Source: Marinovum sp. (GTDB lineage: Bacteria; Pseudomonadota; Alphaproteobacteria; Rhodobacterales; Rhodobacteraceae). From it: a DNA stretch of 64,000 nucleotides. The notes beneath the pieces were generated by a model. The model did not search any database. It was given only the letters and a program-made list of their open reading frames with translations, and had not been told where the DNA came from. Below, one piece after another: positions 50,655 through 61,655 of this stretch (position 1 is its first letter; every line of letters starts with the position of its first letter). The stretch covers positions 14,785-78,784 of the forward strand of contig NZGN01000018.1 of assembly GCA_002691045.1 (NCBI GenBank). Reading direction: 5' to 3'. Made by a program: the position numbers and the translations under genes.

Positions 50655-51782
50655 ATGGCCCAAGTCTTGAAAAGAACACCGCTTTATGAGTTACATAGCG
50701 AGCTTGGTGCCAAGCTAACTGAATTTGCTGGTTATGAAATGCCAGTCCATTACAGTTTGGGAATTTTGGGCGAACATCAGCATACGAGAACAAAGGCTGG
50801 CCTATTCGACGTGAGTCATATGGGCCAAGTCATATTGCGTGGAAGCTCATATCAGGAAACCGCGCTTGCATTAGAAAGAGCAATACCAATGGACGTTCTC
50901 GGTCTAAAAGTGGGAAGGCAAAAATATGGTTTTTTAACAACCTATGGCGGCGGTATTTTAGATGACCTAATGTTTAGTAACCGAGGAGATCATATTTTTG
51001 TTGTTTTAAATGCCGCTTGCAAAGACTCAGACATAGTTCACTTAAGGACACTTTTAGAGCCAGAAATTTCAATTGAAGTAATAGAAAATCGAGCCCTAAT
51101 CGCTTTGCAAGGGCCAGACTCCGAAACCGTTCTAAGTGAATTCAATTCACAGATTTCAGCCATGAAATTTATGGATGTAGAAACCCTTTCTATTGCTGGC
51201 GCTGAGTGCTGGATATCACGATCTGGATATACTGGAGAAGACGGTTTCGAAATATCGATACCTTCAAGCGCTGCTGAGGCTATAACAAGAAGTATTTTAT
51301 CAAAACAGGAAGTCGAATTTATTGGTCTGGGAGCTCGTGACAGTCTTCGGTTGGAAGCGGGATTATGCCTTTATGGCCATGATATTGATGAGGAGACTAC
51401 ACCAGTAGAAGCCTCTTTAACTTGGGCGATTCAAAAAACCAGAAGAACAAATGGAGAAAGAGCCAACGGCTTTCTAGGTGATGAGATTATAACCCAGCAG
51501 CTTGACACAGGAACTTATAGAAAAAGAGTGGGTTTTCTTCCTCAAACCCGAGCTCCAATGAGAGAAGGCGTGGAAATTTATGAAACAGAAAGCTCAAAAG
51601 AAGTTATCGGAAAAATAACTTCAGGCGGATATGGGCCAACCGTAGGTCACCCCGTCGCAATGGGATATATTAATAGCGAATATGTGGATAGCGATGATAA
51701 CTTATTCGGTGAACTTCGGGGGAAAAGGGTGCCAGTAAAGATTGCAGAACTTCCTTTTGTCCCGCTTAATTTTAAACGCTAA
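50655..51782 (+). CDS. gcvT: Glycine cleavage system aminomethyltransferase T
   Basis: FAGY.MP, GLFDVSHMGQ, SRSGYTGEDGFEI and GLGARDSLRLEAG motifs. Confidence 0.96.
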   Translation: MAQVLKRTPLYELHSELGAKLTEFAGYEMPVHYSLGILGEHQHTRTKAGLFDVSHMGQVILRGSSYQETALALERAIPMDVLGLKVGRQKYGFLTTYGGGILDDLMFSNRGDHIFVVLNAACKDSDIVHLRTLLEPEISIEVIENRALIALQGPDSETVLSEFNSQISAMKFMDVETLSIAGAECWISRSGYTGEDGFEISIPSSAAEAITRSILSKQEVEFIGLGARDSLRLEAGLCLYGHDIDEETTPVEASLTWAIQKTRRTNGERANGFLGDEIITQQLDTGTYRKRVGFLPQTRAPMREGVEIYETESSKEVIGKITSGGYGPTVGHPVAMGYINSEYVDSDDNLFGELRGKRVPVKIAELPFVPLNFKR

Positions 51783-51799
51783 TCAACAGGAGAACCAAA

Positions 51800-52159
51800 A
51801 TGAAATTTACAGAAGAACATGAATGGCTTCGAACAGAGGGAGAAATAGTTGTTGTTGGCATTACCGAGCATGCTAGCACGCAATTAGGCGACGTGGTTTT
51901 TGTTGAGCTTCCAGACGAGGGTATAACTGTTTCGAAAGATGACGAGGTTGTAGTTATTGAAAGTGTAAAAGCTGCATCAGATATTTTAGCTCCATTAGAT
52001 GGCGAAATTATTGAAATTAATGGGGCATTATCGGATGAGCCAAGTAAAGTTAATGAAGATCCAATGGGCGAGGCATGGTTTTTTAAGATGAAACCATCGG
52101 ATCCATCACAAGTAGAAGACTATATGACTGAAGACGAATACAATAAACTTATTAGCTGA
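51800..52159 (+). CDS. gcvH: Glycine cleavage system H protein
   Basis: HEW, GIT.HA..QLGDVVFVELP and lipoyl site ESVKAASD. Confidence 0.97.
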   Translation: MKFTEEHEWLRTEGEIVVVGITEHASTQLGDVVFVELPDEGITVSKDDEVVVIESVKAASDILAPLDGEIIEINGALSDEPSKVNEDPMGEAWFFKMKPSDPSQVEDYMTEDEYNKLIS

Positions 52160-52189
52160 ATTGATATTGTAGCAATTAAGGAATAATTC

Positions 52190-55039
52190 ATGCCATTTAC
52201 ACCAACAGATTACCTACCCTACGATTTCGCAAACCGAAGGCATATTGGACCCTCACCATCGGAGATGGCTCATATGCTAGAAACACTGGGCCTGTCCAAT
52301 CTCGATAGTCTTATTGATGAGACGCTTCCAAGTTCTATCAGGCAGAAAAAACCTTTAAACTTTGGAAAGCCTAAATCAGAAAGAGCTCTATTAAACCACA
52401 TGCGGATCACTGCATCTAAAAATAAAGTTCTAACCAGCCTTATTGGCCAAGGTTATCATGGAACAGTTACACCCCCAGTAATTCAAAGAAATATTTTAGA
52501 AAATCCAGCCTGGTATACGGCCTATACACCGTATCAACCGGAAATAAGCCAAGGGCGCTTGGAAGCTCTATTAAATTACCAAACAATGATCTCCGATCTG
52601 ACTGGTCTTGAAATTGCCAATGCATCACTCTTGGACGAGGCCACTGCTTGTGCAGAAGCGATGACAATGGCGGAGAGAGTTGCCAAGTCAAAAGAAAAAG
52701 CGTTTTTCATTGATGAAAATTGTCATCCCCAAAACATTGCAGTTATGAAAACTAGGGCCCGTCCTTTAAATATTAAAATTATTGTTGGGGACCCTGACAA
52801 CCTTAGTCCATCAAGCGTTTTTGGAGCAATCTTTCAATATCCAGGTACTTTTGGTCATGTTAAAGATTTCACAAAACATATTGAAAAACTCCACGAAAAC
52901 AAAGCTATTGCTGTCATCGCCGCTGATCCACTCTCACTTACTCTACTAAAAGAGCCCGGAGCCATGGGAGCTGACATCGCAATCGGAAGCACCCAACGTT
53001 TTGGAGTGCCAGTAGGATACGGCGGTCCCCATGCAGCTTACATGGCTACTAAGGATGCTTATAAAAGATCGATGCCCGGACGACTAGTTGGGATTTCGAT
53101 TGATGCGCAGAATAGAACTGCATACAGGCTCTCACTACAAACTCGAGAGCAGCATATTAGACGGGAAAAGGCGACCTCTAATGTTTGTACAGCGCAAGCA
53201 CTTTTGGCAGTTATGGCTTCATTCTATGCAGTATTTCATGGTCCAGAAGGTCTAAAAGCCATCGCCCAAAGGATCCACAGAAAAACAGTAAGGTTAGCGA
53301 AAGGGCTCGAAACTGCCGGATTTAAAGTAGAACCAGATGCATTTTTTGACACAATCACTGTTGAAGTCGGGCTAATGCAAAAAACTGTCATGGATGCAGC
53401 CGTACGCGAGGGTATTAATCTTCGTGCTGTTGGAAAAACAAAAATCGGCATCACTTTAGATGAACGCGCGCGGCGCAAAGTTACAGAGGCAGTTTGGCGT
53501 GCATTTGGTATAAGTCGAAATGATGACGATCTATCCCATGATTACCGGGTTCCCAATAGCTTACATCGAAAAACTAAATACCTTGAGCATGACGTTTTTC
53601 ATATGAACCGCGCAGAAACTGAAATGATGCGCTACATGCGGAGATTGGCAGATAGAGATCTAGCATTAGACCGAGCAATGATCCCACTTGGCTCATGCAC
53701 TATGAAATTAAATTCAGCTGCTGAAATGATGCCAGTGAGTTGGCGTGAATTTTCACTTTTGCATCCTTTTGCGCCAAGAGATCAAGCGCTTGGTTATGAA
53801 GAAATGATTTCAGATCTTTCGTCAAAGCTATGTGACATTACAGGCTATGATGCAATTTCGATGCAACCTAATTCGGGCGCGCAGGGTGAGTATGCAGGAT
53901 TATTAACAATAGCAGAATTTCATAGAGCTAATGGTGATCAGCATAGAAATGTTTGCTTGATCCCGACGTCGGCTCACGGAACCAATCCAGCAAGCGCTCA
54001 AATGGTTGGATGGAAGGTAATACCCGTACAATCCGCCGAAAATGGAGATATCGACGTAAAAGACTTCAGAGAGAAAGCTGAAATACATAAAGATTATTTA
54101 GCTGGCTGCATGATTACATACCCTTCAACTCATGGGGTATTTGAGGAGACAGTCCATGAAGTATGCGCAATCACCCACGAATATGGCGGCCAGGTTTATA
54201 TTGACGGGGCCAACATGAATGCAATGGTCGGATTAAGCCGTCCAGGTGATATTGGAGGTGATGTCAGCCATCTAAATCTACATAAAACGTTCTGTATCCC
54301 TCACGGTGGTGGTGGACCAGGAATGGGACCTATTGGTGTAAAATCCCACCTAACACCACATTTACCGGGACACCCAGAGCTTGGAGACGACACTGGGCCA
54401 GTATCAGCCGCACCTTTTGGTTCGCCCTCGTTACTACCTATATCATGGGCCTATTGCCTAATGATGGGTGGAGAAGGACTTACTCAAGCTACACGAGTGG
54501 CAATTTTGAATGCAAATTACATTGCTAAACGCTTAGAGGGAGCATTTGATGTTCTTTATCGTGGTGCAAATGGAAGAGTTGCACATGAGTGTATTATTGA
54601 CACACGTCCATTTGCCGAAACAGCTGGTGTAAGTGTTGACGATATAGCAAAACGTTTAATTGATAGTGGCTTCCACGCTCCAACAATGAGCTGGCCAGTA
54701 GCGGGTACTTTAATGATTGAACCCACCGAGTCAGAAACGAAAGCAGAATTAGATCGGTTCTGTGACGCCATGTTATCAATCAGAGAAGAGATTAAACTTA
54801 TTGAAGATGGTAAATATCCTAGGGATAATAATCCACTTTGTAATGCACCTCACACTGTCCAAGACCTTGTCGGCAGTTGGGAACGACCATATTCACGTGA
54901 ACAAGGGTGTTTCCCTCCAGGAGCTTTTAAAGTCGATAAATATTGGCCCCCAGTTAATAGAATTGATAACGTCTATGGTGATCGTCATCTTGTTTGCACT
55001 TGTCCACCGATGTCAGAATATGCAGAGGCAGCTGAGTAA
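52190..55039 (+). CDS. gcvP: Glycine dehydrogenase (decarboxylating) P protein
   Basis: [32 protein letters not shown] and HLNLHKTF (PLP Lys) motifs. Confidence 0.98.
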   Translation: MPFTPTDYLPYDFANRRHIGPSPSEMAHMLETLGLSNLDSLIDETLPSSIRQKKPLNFGKPKSERALLNHMRITASKNKVLTSLIGQGYHGTVTPPVIQRNILENPAWYTAYTPYQPEISQGRLEALLNYQTMISDLTGLEIANASLLDEATACAEAMTMAERVAKSKEKAFFIDENCHPQNIAVMKTRARPLNIKIIVGDPDNLSPSSVFGAIFQYPGTFGHVKDFTKHIEKLHENKAIAVIAADPLSLTLLKEPGAMGADIAIGSTQRFGVPVGYGGPHAAYMATKDAYKRSMPGRLVGISIDAQNRTAYRLSLQTREQHIRREKATSNVCTAQALLAVMASFYAVFHGPEGLKAIAQRIHRKTVRLAKGLETAGFKVEPDAFFDTITVEVGLMQKTVMDAAVREGINLRAVGKTKIGITLDERARRKVTEAVWRAFGISRNDDDLSHDYRVPNSLHRKTKYLEHDVFHMNRAETEMMRYMRRLADRDLALDRAMIPLGSCTMKLNSAAEMMPVSWREFSLLHPFAPRDQALGYEEMISDLSSKLCDITGYDAISMQPNSGAQGEYAGLLTIAEFHRANGDQHRNVCLIPTSAHGTNPASAQMVGWKVIPVQSAENGDIDVKDFREKAEIHKDYLAGCMITYPSTHGVFEETVHEVCAITHEYGGQVYIDGANMNAMVGLSRPGDIGGDVSHLNLHKTFCIPHGGGGPGMGPIGVKSHLTPHLPGHPELGDDTGPVSAAPFGSPSLLPISWAYCLMMGGEGLTQATRVAILNANYIAKRLEGAFDVLYRGANGRVAHECIIDTRPFAETAGVSVDDIAKRLIDSGFHAPTMSWPVAGTLMIEPTESETKAELDRFCDAMLSIREEIKLIEDGKYPRDNNPLCNAPHTVQDLVGSWERPYSREQGCFPPGAFKVDKYWPPVNRIDNVYGDRHLVCTCPPMSEYAEAAE

Positions 55040-55045
55040 AACTTA

Positions 55046-55067
55046 GCTCGAGGCCATCGCCTCGAGC
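55046..55067. terminator. Hairpin between convergent gcvP and the MetE-like gene
   Basis: GCTCGAGGC-CATC-GCCTCGAGC, a perfect 9-bp stem. Confidence 0.7.
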
Positions 55068-55083
55068 ATAAACAAATAGGTTT

Positions 55084-56208
55084 TTAGAGAGCCAGTTTAG
55101 CCCCTTGAGAAAGAGCATCCAATTTTGCATAGGCTATTTCTGGATCAACTGCCCCAAATCCTGCAAATGTTCCAAAACCACAATCACTGCCAGCTATAAC
55201 TCGATTTTCACCAACTATATTAATAAAATTTCTGATTCTTTGCGCTACTAATTCAGGATGCTCCACAAAATTTGTTGTCGTGTCGACCACGCCCGGCACC
55301 AGTATTTTATCATCCGGTATATCAGATTTTCGATCTCTGAAGACCGTCCACTCGTGACCATGACGGGGATTCGACGTTTCAAACAAAACATAGCCAGCCT
55401 TTGCTGCCATGAGTGTATCAAACATTTTGGACATCGGTATATCGCAGATGTGGGGACCCTCGTAATTACCCCAACAAATATGTATTCGAACATTATCTGC
55501 TGATATGTCAGACAAAGCAAAATTTAATGCATCAATATGCAAGCCAGCGACTTTAATAAATTCTTCATCGCTTAAGTCATTAAATAGCATATGTCGCGAC
55601 AAGGCTAAATCGGGACAATCAAGCTGGAGATCTAACCCAGAAGAAACAATTGTTTCATACTCATCTTTCATAGCGTGAGCTAAAGCTTCAAGGTATTGTT
55701 CCCTAGTTTTGTAATAGTCATTTTGAAGAAAAAGCGAAATAACACCAGGTGATGCTGCATTCATAAAGCCGCGTTGAACCCCATGTTGAGCCATTGCTGC
55801 TTTAAGATTTTTAATATCCTTCTCTAGTTCACCTTGACCCTTAGACTTGACTTCCCCTACACACATTGGTCTCGAATATGTTGGGGTACCGCCATCATTT
55901 GCCAGTCGTTCAAGAAAACTTGGAAATTTTTTTAAATCTGCCGGTGCATTTCTGGGACTATCACCATCAAAACCAGTATACCTGTCCTTGACATATGTTG
56001 CATAGCTTATCTTAGATGTTTCTCCATCGCTGACAATGTCTACACCAACTTCTTTTTGGCGCCTCACAGTTTCGGAAACCGATCGGGTCATGCAATCGTC
56101 AAATTCAGCTTGAACAAACTCTTTTCCTTTCTCACGCGCAAATATAAAATCTACGACTTCTTGCGAACGTGGCAAAGACCCAACATGTGAAGTAAGTATT
56201 TTACCCAT
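55084..56208 (-). CDS. Cobalamin-independent methionine synthase II family (single-barrel MetE-like / epoxyalkane:CoM transferase-like) zinc enzyme
   Basis: TSHVGSLPR, SDGE, LQLDCPDL, Zn ligands HIC(WGNYEGPH)..E..DCGFGTF and VEHPELVAQRI. Confidence 0.85.
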   Translation of the reverse strand: MGKILTSHVGSLPRSQEVVDFIFAREKGKEFVQAEFDDCMTRSVSETVRRQKEVGVDIVSDGETSKISYATYVKDRYTGFDGDSPRNAPADLKKFPSFLERLANDGGTPTYSRPMCVGEVKSKGQGELEKDIKNLKAAMAQHGVQRGFMNAASPGVISLFLQNDYYKTREQYLEALAHAMKDEYETIVSSGLDLQLDCPDLALSRHMLFNDLSDEEFIKVAGLHIDALNFALSDISADNVRIHICWGNYEGPHICDIPMSKMFDTLMAAKAGYVLFETSNPRHGHEWTVFRDRKSDIPDDKILVPGVVDTTTNFVEHPELVAQRIRNFINIVGENRVIAGSDCGFGTFAGFGAVDPEIAYAKLDALSQGAKLAL

Positions 56209-56235
56209 TAAGGCATCCTCTCTTTAAAAAAATTG

Positions 56236-57201
56236 CTAGCCCCTCCAAGTATGACCAGCTGGATCTGCGTTTCCTTTGACTTGATACAAGGCAGCTTCTC
56301 CAGTGACCGCAGGAACTATCGAATGATTTAGTTCTGCTGGCACTGACATCGTATCTCCAGGAGCCAAAACTGCTGAATCACTATCCCAGGAAATACGCCA
56401 ATGACCACGGACAGGCATTAATACAGATGGGAATTGATGGCTTTCGGCATTCTTGATTGCAGAACCCCGAGTTATGAAATCAACTTCAAACCCTGGCTTG
56501 TCACGTAATAGACCATTTTCTCCTATGACGTTAACTGGTCTGCTATCCGATAAAGCAAACATATCCCAAAATCGAGCTACGTGATTTGGAACCACATCTC
56601 TCGTTTTTAACTCTGCCCTCTCAGCTAGCTCTTCACTCTGCATAATAGGCATTGGGCCTATACCATCTGGTAACTTTTGCCCTTTTTTCTGATCATATAA
56701 TTTTCCGTTTTCACCAAGAATTAAACCATGCTCGGCAGCATCTTTGATAACTTGTGGAGCCCAGTGAACTCCACCGCCAGCATCATCGCCCCCAAGAATT
56801 GCCATAATCATACCATATTCAGTACCAATATTCTCAAAACCTCGGAATATTCCTGTAGGTATGTTGATTATATCGCCTTGCTCGAGTACCACTTCTCCTG
56901 CGTTGCCCCATCGCCCCCAGAAAAATCTCCACCGACCAGATAAAACGAAAAACACCTCGGCAGTATTGTGATCGTGCAAGGAGTTTCTACACTTGGGAGG
57001 TTGCCCTGCAGCGCCTATATTAAAACCATGTGGAATAGCTATATGAACATGTTGATCAGGGCTTTCTGAAACACCCCCACCAATTATTGTAAAATTTTCT
57101 TTTTGATCACTGCCTGGCGTATGTGCGTCAATAAATGCAGTTTTACATGGAATTAGCTCCCCATACCTAACTATGCGATCTTCCATTTTATTTTGCTTCA
57201 T
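56236..57201 (-). CDS. Bicupin protein of unknown function
   Basis: SLHDHNTAEVFFVLSG.W and GDIINIPTG.FRGFEN in domain 1, plus a degenerate second cupin (L.PGDT.SVP...H). Confidence 0.8.
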   Translation of the reverse strand: MKQNKMEDRIVRYGELIPCKTAFIDAHTPGSDQKENFTIIGGGVSESPDQHVHIAIPHGFNIGAAGQPPKCRNSLHDHNTAEVFFVLSGRWRFFWGRWGNAGEVVLEQGDIINIPTGIFRGFENIGTEYGMIMAILGGDDAGGGVHWAPQVIKDAAEHGLILGENGKLYDQKKGQKLPDGIGPMPIMQSEELAERAELKTRDVVPNHVARFWDMFALSDSRPVNVIGENGLLRDKPGFEVDFITRGSAIKNAESHQFPSVLMPVRGHWRISWDSDSAVLAPGDTMSVPAELNHSIVPAVTGEAALYQVKGNADPAGHTWRG

Positions 57202-57241
57202 TTATATACCTCCAATTCTGAATTGACATTTTAGAGAAATT

Positions 57242-58228
57242 TTAGGCCCCACTCTTGAGACAAATTTGTTTCCAAACGGCAGTTTCATCAAATAATGTCC
57301 ACTCTCGCCGAACCTTTGGAATATCACCAGAGACAGCACCAAACTCTACATGAGTTGCTCCAAATATATAAACATCAGCACCAGATGGCGTGCCAAAACT
57401 ACCCCAACCATCGTGTTTACCATGAAGAGACCATCGCAGTGCAGCACGGGGAGGCATGAACGGATCTTCTCGACCAATTTGATGATGTATTTCGAACTGT
57501 GCATCTGGAAACGATGCACGAAGTCCCATCCAAAATTGATCTGCTCCGTTATGAGATAAAGCGCTTATGCCACCTGGATATTCTAAATTCGCTGCTCTAT
57601 CATATTCGCCTGCTATAACAGAAAATTCTGCGTTCATTATTCGACTTAGAATATCAGCATATTTTTGACCCCATTCATTATCATTTCCTTTTCCATCATA
57701 AGGGCCTTTGACATCATCCTTTGGTAAAAATGGTTTAATACAACTTTCTGCTCCACCCTCTTTTTCAATTAAATCTCGAGCGTATTCATGAGGAGATAAA
57801 CCAAGCTGACGTACTATTGCGCCTTGATCACGGATTAACCATTCATCATCAATCTGATTATTACGTGCATGGCAATCGGCAATAATCCTATAATCAAGTT
57901 TTTTTCCAGTAGGCTCTCCATAAACTCCAGGTCGAGAATGAGTGGCAGTTGAATGCAACCTGTGGGAGCTCAACATACCCGCTTCTGGAGTACCCGACCA
58001 AATTACGTCTTCCCCAAAAAGAGTGCGGTCTGGAAACTCTGCCAAAGTCGCCATCGTTGCAGCAATTACGTTTTTGTTTCCTATTACGATTGAGCCAGGC
58101 GACCTTACGATAATGTCTGGAGAATAATATTCGTGAAGTGTGGCAATTCCACGGTCTTCCCAAATTTCTTTCGTAATTCCTATAATATATTCAGGAAAAC
58201 TTTTATATTTATTAGAAAAGCCCTGCAT
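57242..58228 (-). CDS. Double SnoaL-like (ester cyclase/NTF2) protein
   Basis: Two AxFPD...H...G.(Y/F)G.P(T/S)G...EW repeats. Confidence 0.8.
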   Translation of the reverse strand: MQGFSNKYKSFPEYIIGITKEIWEDRGIATLHEYYSPDIIVRSPGSIVIGNKNVIAATMATLAEFPDRTLFGEDVIWSGTPEAGMLSSHRLHSTATHSRPGVYGEPTGKKLDYRIIADCHARNNQIDDEWLIRDQGAIVRQLGLSPHEYARDLIEKEGGAESCIKPFLPKDDVKGPYDGKGNDNEWGQKYADILSRIMNAEFSVIAGEYDRAANLEYPGGISALSHNGADQFWMGLRASFPDAQFEIHHQIGREDPFMPPRAALRWSLHGKHDGWGSFGTPSGADVYIFGATHVEFGAVSGDIPKVRREWTLFDETAVWKQICLKSGA

Positions 58229-58238
58229 TTTAATGCTC

Positions 58239-59258
58239 CTAGTTGGGTTTATTACGCGTGGAAGACCGAATAATTAGCGGACTATCAATTTGAAGTTTTG
58301 TTGGCTTGGTAGAATTTGGATTTTCAATTTGATTTAAAATTGTGTGGACAGTTTCTTGAACCATCAAATTAGCGCGTTGCCTAACCGTAGTAAGATCATA
58401 TGATTTCCATGCAGCGGGAGGAACATCATCATATCCAATTACAGAAACATCATCTGGAATACTCAACCCTAGTTCGTACCTTAAAATATCCATGACTATG
58501 AAAGCCATATGGTCATTGGCGATAAAAACGGCATCAGGTCTTTTAGCTTTAGGTTTGTCAAACATTTCAAACGTAGCTACCCTAGTTTTTTCTGCTCGAA
58601 AATTTCCAACTGTCCGGAAAAAAACTGACCGGCCGCTATCTAAAATTTCTTTATTAAAGCCCGCCTCCCTATCCCGTTGTGTCGACGCACCCTCCCAACC
58701 AGCTATATAACCAATCTTTTTATGACCTAGATCAATTAACAAACGAGCAGCCTTTCGTCCTCCTTCGAAATTGTTTGAAGTGATCGACGATATATCTTGC
58801 ATGTCTTGGGAACGATTAAATAAAACAACGGGAACACCAGCGGCTTGACACCTTGAACCAACTTCTGAGGAAAGTGCTACAGAGGCCATGACAATACCAT
58901 CAACTTGATAATCTAATATTTCTTCAACGACTAAGCTAACATTGCCAGCTGTTTGAGAGGCCATAAAAATCAATACATGGTAGCCGCGTTCTTGAAAAGC
59001 GTTTGACAATTTTTCTAAAGCTTCGGTGTAAAAATAGTTTTCCATATAGGCTACAACCAAACCAATTATACGGCTTTTCCCAGATACCATTGCACGAGCT
59101 AAAATATTTGGACGGTAGCCCAGCTCCGTAGCTGCAACTCTAACTTTTGCTGCTGTTTTTGCGGAGACAGAAGCTCCTGGAGTATAAAATCGACTTACTG
59201 CTGATTGCGAGACGCCCGCTCTCTTTGCTACTTGTGACGACGTGACTTTTTCAACCAT
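58239..59258 (-). CDS. LacI family transcriptional regulator
   Basis: VAKRAGVSQSAVSR, LGYRPN..AR, PVVLFNR, IPDDVSVIGYDD and LTTV.Q motifs. Confidence 0.95.
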   Translation of the reverse strand: MVEKVTSSQVAKRAGVSQSAVSRFYTPGASVSAKTAAKVRVAATELGYRPNILARAMVSGKSRIIGLVVAYMENYFYTEALEKLSNAFQERGYHVLIFMASQTAGNVSLVVEEILDYQVDGIVMASVALSSEVGSRCQAAGVPVVLFNRSQDMQDISSITSNNFEGGRKAARLLIDLGHKKIGYIAGWEGASTQRDREAGFNKEILDSGRSVFFRTVGNFRAEKTRVATFEMFDKPKAKRPDAVFIANDHMAFIVMDILRYELGLSIPDDVSVIGYDDVPPAAWKSYDLTTVRQRANLMVQETVHTILNQIENPNSTKPTKLQIDSPLIIRSSTRNKPN

Positions 59259-59324
59259 ATCTACACACTGGAATGTCTATAAAATTTTTTTTGAAAACAT
59301 GGTGTATAATACGAAAAAAGCTAA

Positions 59325-60347
59325 TCAAGTGATATCTCCTACATCATGTTTTACCATTGCTAGTAGATCAACGCCCATTTGATAAAAGAGATGCACCATG
59401 TCAACAAACACCCAATTTTCAACAAATTTCCCGTTATCTTCACGCCAGAAATCAATTCCATTTACGGTACATTTATTGTTGGAAGGTTTTTGACCTAAGT
59501 ATGGGCCCTGATGCGTAAGACTTACACCAGGCATGCTGGAAGCTCCAACAAAACTACCTTCTGCGATAAGATTATCCAAATCTCCCACACGGCGATCTGG
59601 AAAAGCATGCAGCCAAGGGCGTTGATGCAAGTCTTCAAACTCTTTAAATGATAGACATGCGCCTATACCACCTGGCCCGTACCACTTAAGGTTAGGATGA
59701 AAGAAATCTGCCATTCCCATAGATTTTAAATCTACTTTATCAAACCCATTTAGTCCGCCAAAAATAAAATCACGCGCATACTTTAATAAGTTTTTTGACT
59801 GTTTTTTTGCCTCTTGATCAGAGACGAAACCCTCACAACCCGTCGGGGCAGGATAAACATGCAAGTTACCAAGAGGTTTGGGAAGCGGAGATAAATTAAT
59901 TTGCTCGAGCCAATCAATAATATCAAAAATTGTTTGCACTCGGATAATTTTACCCAGCTCATCAAATTGCAAAAACTCTCCCCACCTTAAACGGAGTTGA
60001 TTTTCTTGCGCAGATATGGGGCCAAATTTATGCTTCTGCCTTACATGTAAATATCCAGTGCCCCCAACCCAATGGTTTCCATCATCTTTTCCATCAGCAC
60101 GACCATTGGAAATACCACCAATTAATATATGTGTTTCACGGCGGACCACATCAAAGATAGAATAAAATCCTTCCACAAATTTAGTTAAAAACTCTTCAGA
60201 AGAGCTTGTTTTGGTAAAAGGAGCAAACCCATCCCAGCGCATATCCGAAGCGAGCTTAACTGATATTGAATTTTTTACAGACTTTGCATCGAGAGCCTCC
60301 CAAAATTCTATTGCAACCGCTTTATTTCTTTCATTTAGCTTGCTCAC
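59325..60347 (-). CDS. Double SnoaL-like (ester cyclase/NTF2) protein
   Basis: C-domain [27 protein letters not shown] and DFWR...[10 protein letters not shown]. The N-domain is a degenerate NTF2-like repeat. Confidence 0.8.
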   Translation of the reverse strand: MSKLNERNKAVAIEFWEALDAKSVKNSISVKLASDMRWDGFAPFTKTSSSEEFLTKFVEGFYSIFDVVRRETHILIGGISNGRADGKDDGNHWVGGTGYLHVRQKHKFGPISAQENQLRLRWGEFLQFDELGKIIRVQTIFDIIDWLEQINLSPLPKPLGNLHVYPAPTGCEGFVSDQEAKKQSKNLLKYARDFIFGGLNGFDKVDLKSMGMADFFHPNLKWYGPGGIGACLSFKEFEDLHQRPWLHAFPDRRVGDLDNLIAEGSFVGASSMPGVSLTHQGPYLGQKPSNNKCTVNGIDFWREDNGKFVENWVFVDMVHLFYQMGVDLLAMVKHDVGDIT

Positions 60348-61654
60348 TCCGCTGCTTCTCCATAAGGAATGTTTTTACCACCATATCTCCGAACTCGAAC
60401 ATTACATTGCTCAGCATGGCCCACAAATCCCTCCAATATACACAGTCGGGAGCCATATTCTCCTACCAGCTGGGCAGCTTCATCTGTTTCAATGCGTTGA
60501 TAGCTATGAGTTTTCAAGAATTTGCCAACCCAAAGACCACCGGTGTATCGGCCGGCTTTTTTTGTTGGTAATGTATGGTTTGTACCTATGACTTTATCAC
60601 CATTTGCGACGTTGGTACGTGGACCAAGAAATAAGGCCCCATACGAATGCATGTTTTCGAGGTACCAATCATCTCGATCTGTCATTATTTGTACATGTTC
60701 ATATGCCATGTCGTTCGCGACGGCTAGCATTTCTTCGTGTGTATCACAAAGTATCATGTCACCATAATTTTCCCAGCTGGCAGATGCCGTTTCTGAGGTT
60801 GGTAAAATTTTCAAAATGCGTTCTATTTCAATCATTGTATCCTGAGCCAGTTTTTCACTGCAAGTAATCATAGCTGCTGGCGAATTATATCCATGCTCTG
60901 CCTGACCCAGTAAATCTGTTGCGCATAGTTCAGCATCAACTGTATGGTCTGCAATCACCATTGTTTCCGTAGGCCCAGCAAAAAGATCTATGCCGACGCG
61001 TCCATAAAGCTGACGTTTTGCTTCAGCTACAAAAGCATTTCCAGGACCAACCAGCATATGAACAGGTTCAATAGTTTCAGTCCCAATAGCCATGGCGCCG
61101 ACGGCTTGAATTCCACCCATAACATAAATTTCATGAGCGCCACCCATATGCATAGCTGCAACGATAGCAGGATGAGGTTCTCCATTGACAGGAGGAGCTG
61201 ATGCAATAATGCGAGGAACTCCCGCAACAGATGCCGTTAGAACTGACATATGCGCGGAAGCAACCATCGGAAATTTTCCCCCTGGCACATAACAGCCAAC
61301 TGATTGGACGGGAATATTACGGTGGCCAAGAATGACACCTGGCATAGTTTCAATCTCTACATCAGTCATAGAAGCTCGCTGAGCCTCAGCAAAGTTTCTT
61401 ATCTGCTTTTGAGCAAATTGAATATCTTCCATATCCCGTGAGGATACCTTTTGCATAGCTGCTTCAATTTCACTCTTATTTAATCGAAAATTTTCCGGGG
61501 TATAATTATCAAATTTTTTACTCAATTCACGGACGGCTTGATCACCATTCTTTTCAATCTCAGTCAGGGTAGCCTCTACAACTTCGCGTACCTTAGCATC
61601 CTCTGCAGCTTTTTCTGTTTCAGTTTTTGATTTCTTTAGAAAATTGACTGCCAT
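60344..61654 (-). CDS. Histidinol dehydrogenase paralogue (HisD/HpsN family NAD-dependent zinc dehydrogenase)
   Basis: GCYVPGG, GG.QA, GPGN.FVAEAKR, GID.FAGP.E, QAEH, EH, GD...G.NH.LPT and EG...HA motifs. ATG 61654 follows GGGGAG. Confidence 0.88.
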   Translation of the reverse strand: MAVNFLKKSKTETEKAAEDAKVREVVEATLTEIEKNGDQAVRELSKKFDNYTPENFRLNKSEIEAAMQKVSSRDMEDIQFAQKQIRNFAEAQRASMTDVEIETMPGVILGHRNIPVQSVGCYVPGGKFPMVASAHMSVLTASVAGVPRIIASAPPVNGEPHPAIVAAMHMGGAHEIYVMGGIQAVGAMAIGTETIEPVHMLVGPGNAFVAEAKRQLYGRVGIDLFAGPTETMVIADHTVDAELCATDLLGQAEHGYNSPAAMITCSEKLAQDTMIEIERILKILPTSETASASWENYGDMILCDTHEEMLAVANDMAYEHVQIMTDRDDWYLENMHSYGALFLGPRTNVANGDKVIGTNHTLPTKKAGRYTGGLWVGKFLKTHSYQRIETDEAAQLVGEYGSRLCILEGFVGHAEQCNVRVRRYGGKNIPYGEAAE

Positions 61655-61655
61655 T

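Noticed and set aside
50386-50793. 135-aa minus-strand ORF and the extended gcvT start at 50601
   Set aside because: The ORF is the antisense shadow of the glycine riboswitch and gcvT. ATG 50655 has a GAGGA RBS and matches GcvT N-termini.
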